A DNA stretch of 64,000 bases. It comes from Magallana gigas. Taxonomy: Eukaryota. The notes below the pieces were generated by a model. The model was not told where the DNA came from. It worked only from the letters and a program-made list of their open reading frames with translations, and did not search any database. Both the position numbers and the translations under genes were made by a program. The stretch is from NCBI RefSeq assembly GCF_963853765.1, contig NC_088859.1:51832001-51896000 (forward strand). The letters run 5' to 3'. Below, in pieces: positions 61,876 to 64,000 of the stretch (position 1 is the stretch's first letter; the number at the start of each line of letters is the position of its first letter).

Positions 61876-62789
61876 CCAGTTTCCTAACCAGACAATGGTT
61901 TCTCCTTTATCTTGTTTATTATACCAGTTACACAGAACATCACAATGTTTCCATACAGTGACATATGGGGACAGAATCTGCACACAAAAATATCATAAAT
62001 TGCTTTGTTAGCTCTAAGGTATCCCAGGAACAGCCCTGTAACAGATTTACACTATTGATTTATCTGAATAAAATGCACCTCAGATCAATTTTAAAAGCAA
62101 AGAAGACCGTTGTTTTCTGTCGATATTACGTGTAACATCTGCAGATCTCAGGTACACGGTCCTTTATCAACACATGGTCTTAGCTTCATTTTTCAAAATA
62201 AAGAATATGTCTTACATATTACAATGCATTTAAAAAATAACACTTACTAAACTACAGTTACATAGTACTTAGTAGACAGTCATAAATTGAGATGATATAT
62301 ATCAGTACAGTTTGATTTTCTTTACATTTCTATACAAAAGATCATTCAATGTTGTATCTGCCAGGTCTGTCATGAATTGTTTAGTTACAAGATCCGAGGA
62401 TCTGGTGTTGTTATAAACACTTACATTAACGTCTCATGAAAGAACTCAAGAACTTAATGAAATATTGCACCACTCTCATAATACGTAAATATAAAACTTT
62501 TGGCCTTTAAGCAATAGTTAATATACAGCCAGCAAGCAGTCTAAACAGCTCAGACATTGAGATAGTAGACAAACAGACAGACAGACACAGATGGGGAGAC
62601 AAGCTGACAGACAGACAGGCAACCACAAGACTTATATTTATATACACTGTCTAAATGTCAACCTTTGGATCAGTTTACTGTGCCTTTGTTAACAAAAGTT
62701 TGTAAACGTGTACAATAGTACACACTCATTTCTGGGTAGCTTCCTGTTCACATAACACTGGATTATCCAGTCAGTTGTTAAGACACCCA

Positions 62790-63020
62790 CAGCCTTCACT
62801 GACAGTCAGGACCCCGTGATATACACTGGAGACACACACAGACCCAAAGTTCCCCCGAGTGTTGACAGTCAGGACCCCGTGATACACACGGAGACACACA
62901 CAGACCCAAAGTTCCCCCCGAGTGTTGACAGTCAGGACCCCATGATACACACGGAGACACACACAGACCCAAAGTTCCCCCCGAGTATTGACAGTCAGAA
63001 CCCCATGATACACATGGAGA
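62790..63020. repeat. 63-bp tandem repeat, ~3.6 copies
   Basis: GACAGTCAG recurs at 62801, 62864, 62927 and 62990. Confidence 0.9.
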
Positions 63021-63239
63021 CGTAAAGTTTTCCCCTAGTGTCCTCTGTGACTCATACACCCTTCTGATTTTATCACCTGTGAATCTTATGCCTTCAGGAA
63101 GTTTAGTGACAAGTTTAATTTGAAATAGTAAAAGAACAAGACTTATACCTGCATATAAATTAAGTGTTTTTTTATTATGACTTTCTTCAATGCACATGGT
63201 CCATGATGTATGAATGTTAGGAATCTCTGAATCAATGTT

Positions 63240-64000
63240 TTATCCTGAATCACTATTGTCAGTCATGGTTATGACAATGATGATGACAACAATGACAATA
63301 ACGGTGATGAGGATGGAGAAACAGATGATCTTTTTCTTCCGTGCGGCACACTGACTCTTCTGGGCCTCCTCCAGTTGCTGATTTCCACTCTGAACCTCAC
63401 TAACCGCCTGCTCTACGTGTTTCTCAATATTGTCTACCATTTTGCCCTGGTCTTGTACCATGCCATGCATCTCCTTGAACAACATGTTGACCTCGTGAAT
63501 TTGGCTCTCAAGGTCGTTCAGTTCTCTCTCTCGGTCCTGGAGATCTTGAAGCTCTGAGATGGCTTTCTGGGATTCCTGAAAATATGGATCAATGAAAACG
63601 GCAGATGGGTTCTGAAAGTTCATGTCGAGGTGTACAGAGTTTGTGTTCACATCATATTGAGGGTCCCCCACGATTTGTCTCTGTTTGTTTAGCCTGGCCT
63701 TAGTTCTTTCCAAATAACTGGCTTGGCTGCTACGGAAGTCATTCATGGTTGTTCGCAGTTCATGTGAAAGTCTTTCTATCTGCAGGCTCTGGACCCTCTG
63801 TTCAGCGTTTGACATAATCAGTCCTTTTTTCTGGGACTTTTGGTCCGTGCCAGCAGACGACAACAGTTCTATGTCTTTTCTGATAGTGATGGAGCTGGAC
63901 AGAATCTGCTCAGCCAAGTTCTCCATCTTCTGGAGGTCTGATTCTAACACTTTGGGGGCGCAGTACAAAGTGTTCTGCATTTTCTTGAGTTCGCTGACAT
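63240..64000 (-). CDS. Qa-SNARE syntaxin (STX7/12-like), intronless over the visible 760 bp, 5' end beyond the window
   Basis: Habc-like helices (QIERLSHELRTTMNDFRSSQASYL), SNARE motif DRERELNDLESQIHEVNMLFKEMHGMVQDQGKMVDNIEKHVEQA with 0-layer Q, then RKKK and a C-terminal TM helix. The frame stays open from 63980 to the window edge. AATAAA on the - strand at 63171-63176. Confidence 0.9.
   Translation of the reverse strand, partial: VSELKKMQNTLYCAPKVLESDLQKMENLAEQILSSSITIRKDIELLSSAGTDQKSQKKGLIMSNAEQRVQSLQIERLSHELRTTMNDFRSSQASYLERTKARLNKQRQIVGDPQYDVNTNSVHLDMNFQNPSAVFIDPYFQESQKAISELQDLQDRERELNDLESQIHEVNMLFKEMHGMVQDQGKMVDNIEKHVEQAVSEVQSGNQQLEEAQKSQCAARKKKIICFSILITVIVIVVIIIVITMTDNSDSG

Noticed and set aside
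62771-63197. Short ORFs on both strands downstream of the syntaxin
   Set aside because: Products of the 63-bp tandem repeat.

Overview
Eukaryotic, AT-rich, intron-rich animal DNA. The repeat style suggests a bivalve mollusc such as an oyster, but that is inference. I traced eight protein-coding genes by hand through GT-AG junctions with phase checks: PRPF31 (-, 12 coding exons, 492 aa), a choline transporter-like SLC44/CTL1 gene (-, 18 exons, 647 aa), ZNG1/CBWD (COG0523 GTPase, +, 14 exons, 362 aa), an ankyrin-repeat gene (-), a profilin-like gene (+), an alpha/beta hydrolase with a multi-TM insertion (+, 2 exons), the 3' nine exons of OXCT1/SCOT (-), and an intronless Qa-SNARE syntaxin (-, runs off the right edge, apparently inside an OXCT1 intron). 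The rest is dense with minisatellites, MITEs, a four-level nested transposon stack, a decayed R2/HERO-like retroelement and long perfect palindromes. Two signals stand out. First, tandem repeats are repeatedly seeded at exon-intron junctions and multiply real splice sites: about 30 extra donors in one PRPF31 intron, about 16 in another, 2 in ZNG1, and an acceptor array in the CTL gene. Second, a 4.8-kb non-autonomous element has CAC termini, ~480-bp TIRs and a 5-bp TSD, the signature of Transib/RAG-like transposons. No CRISPR, rRNA or intact tRNA was found. All assignments come from manual reading; no database search was run.
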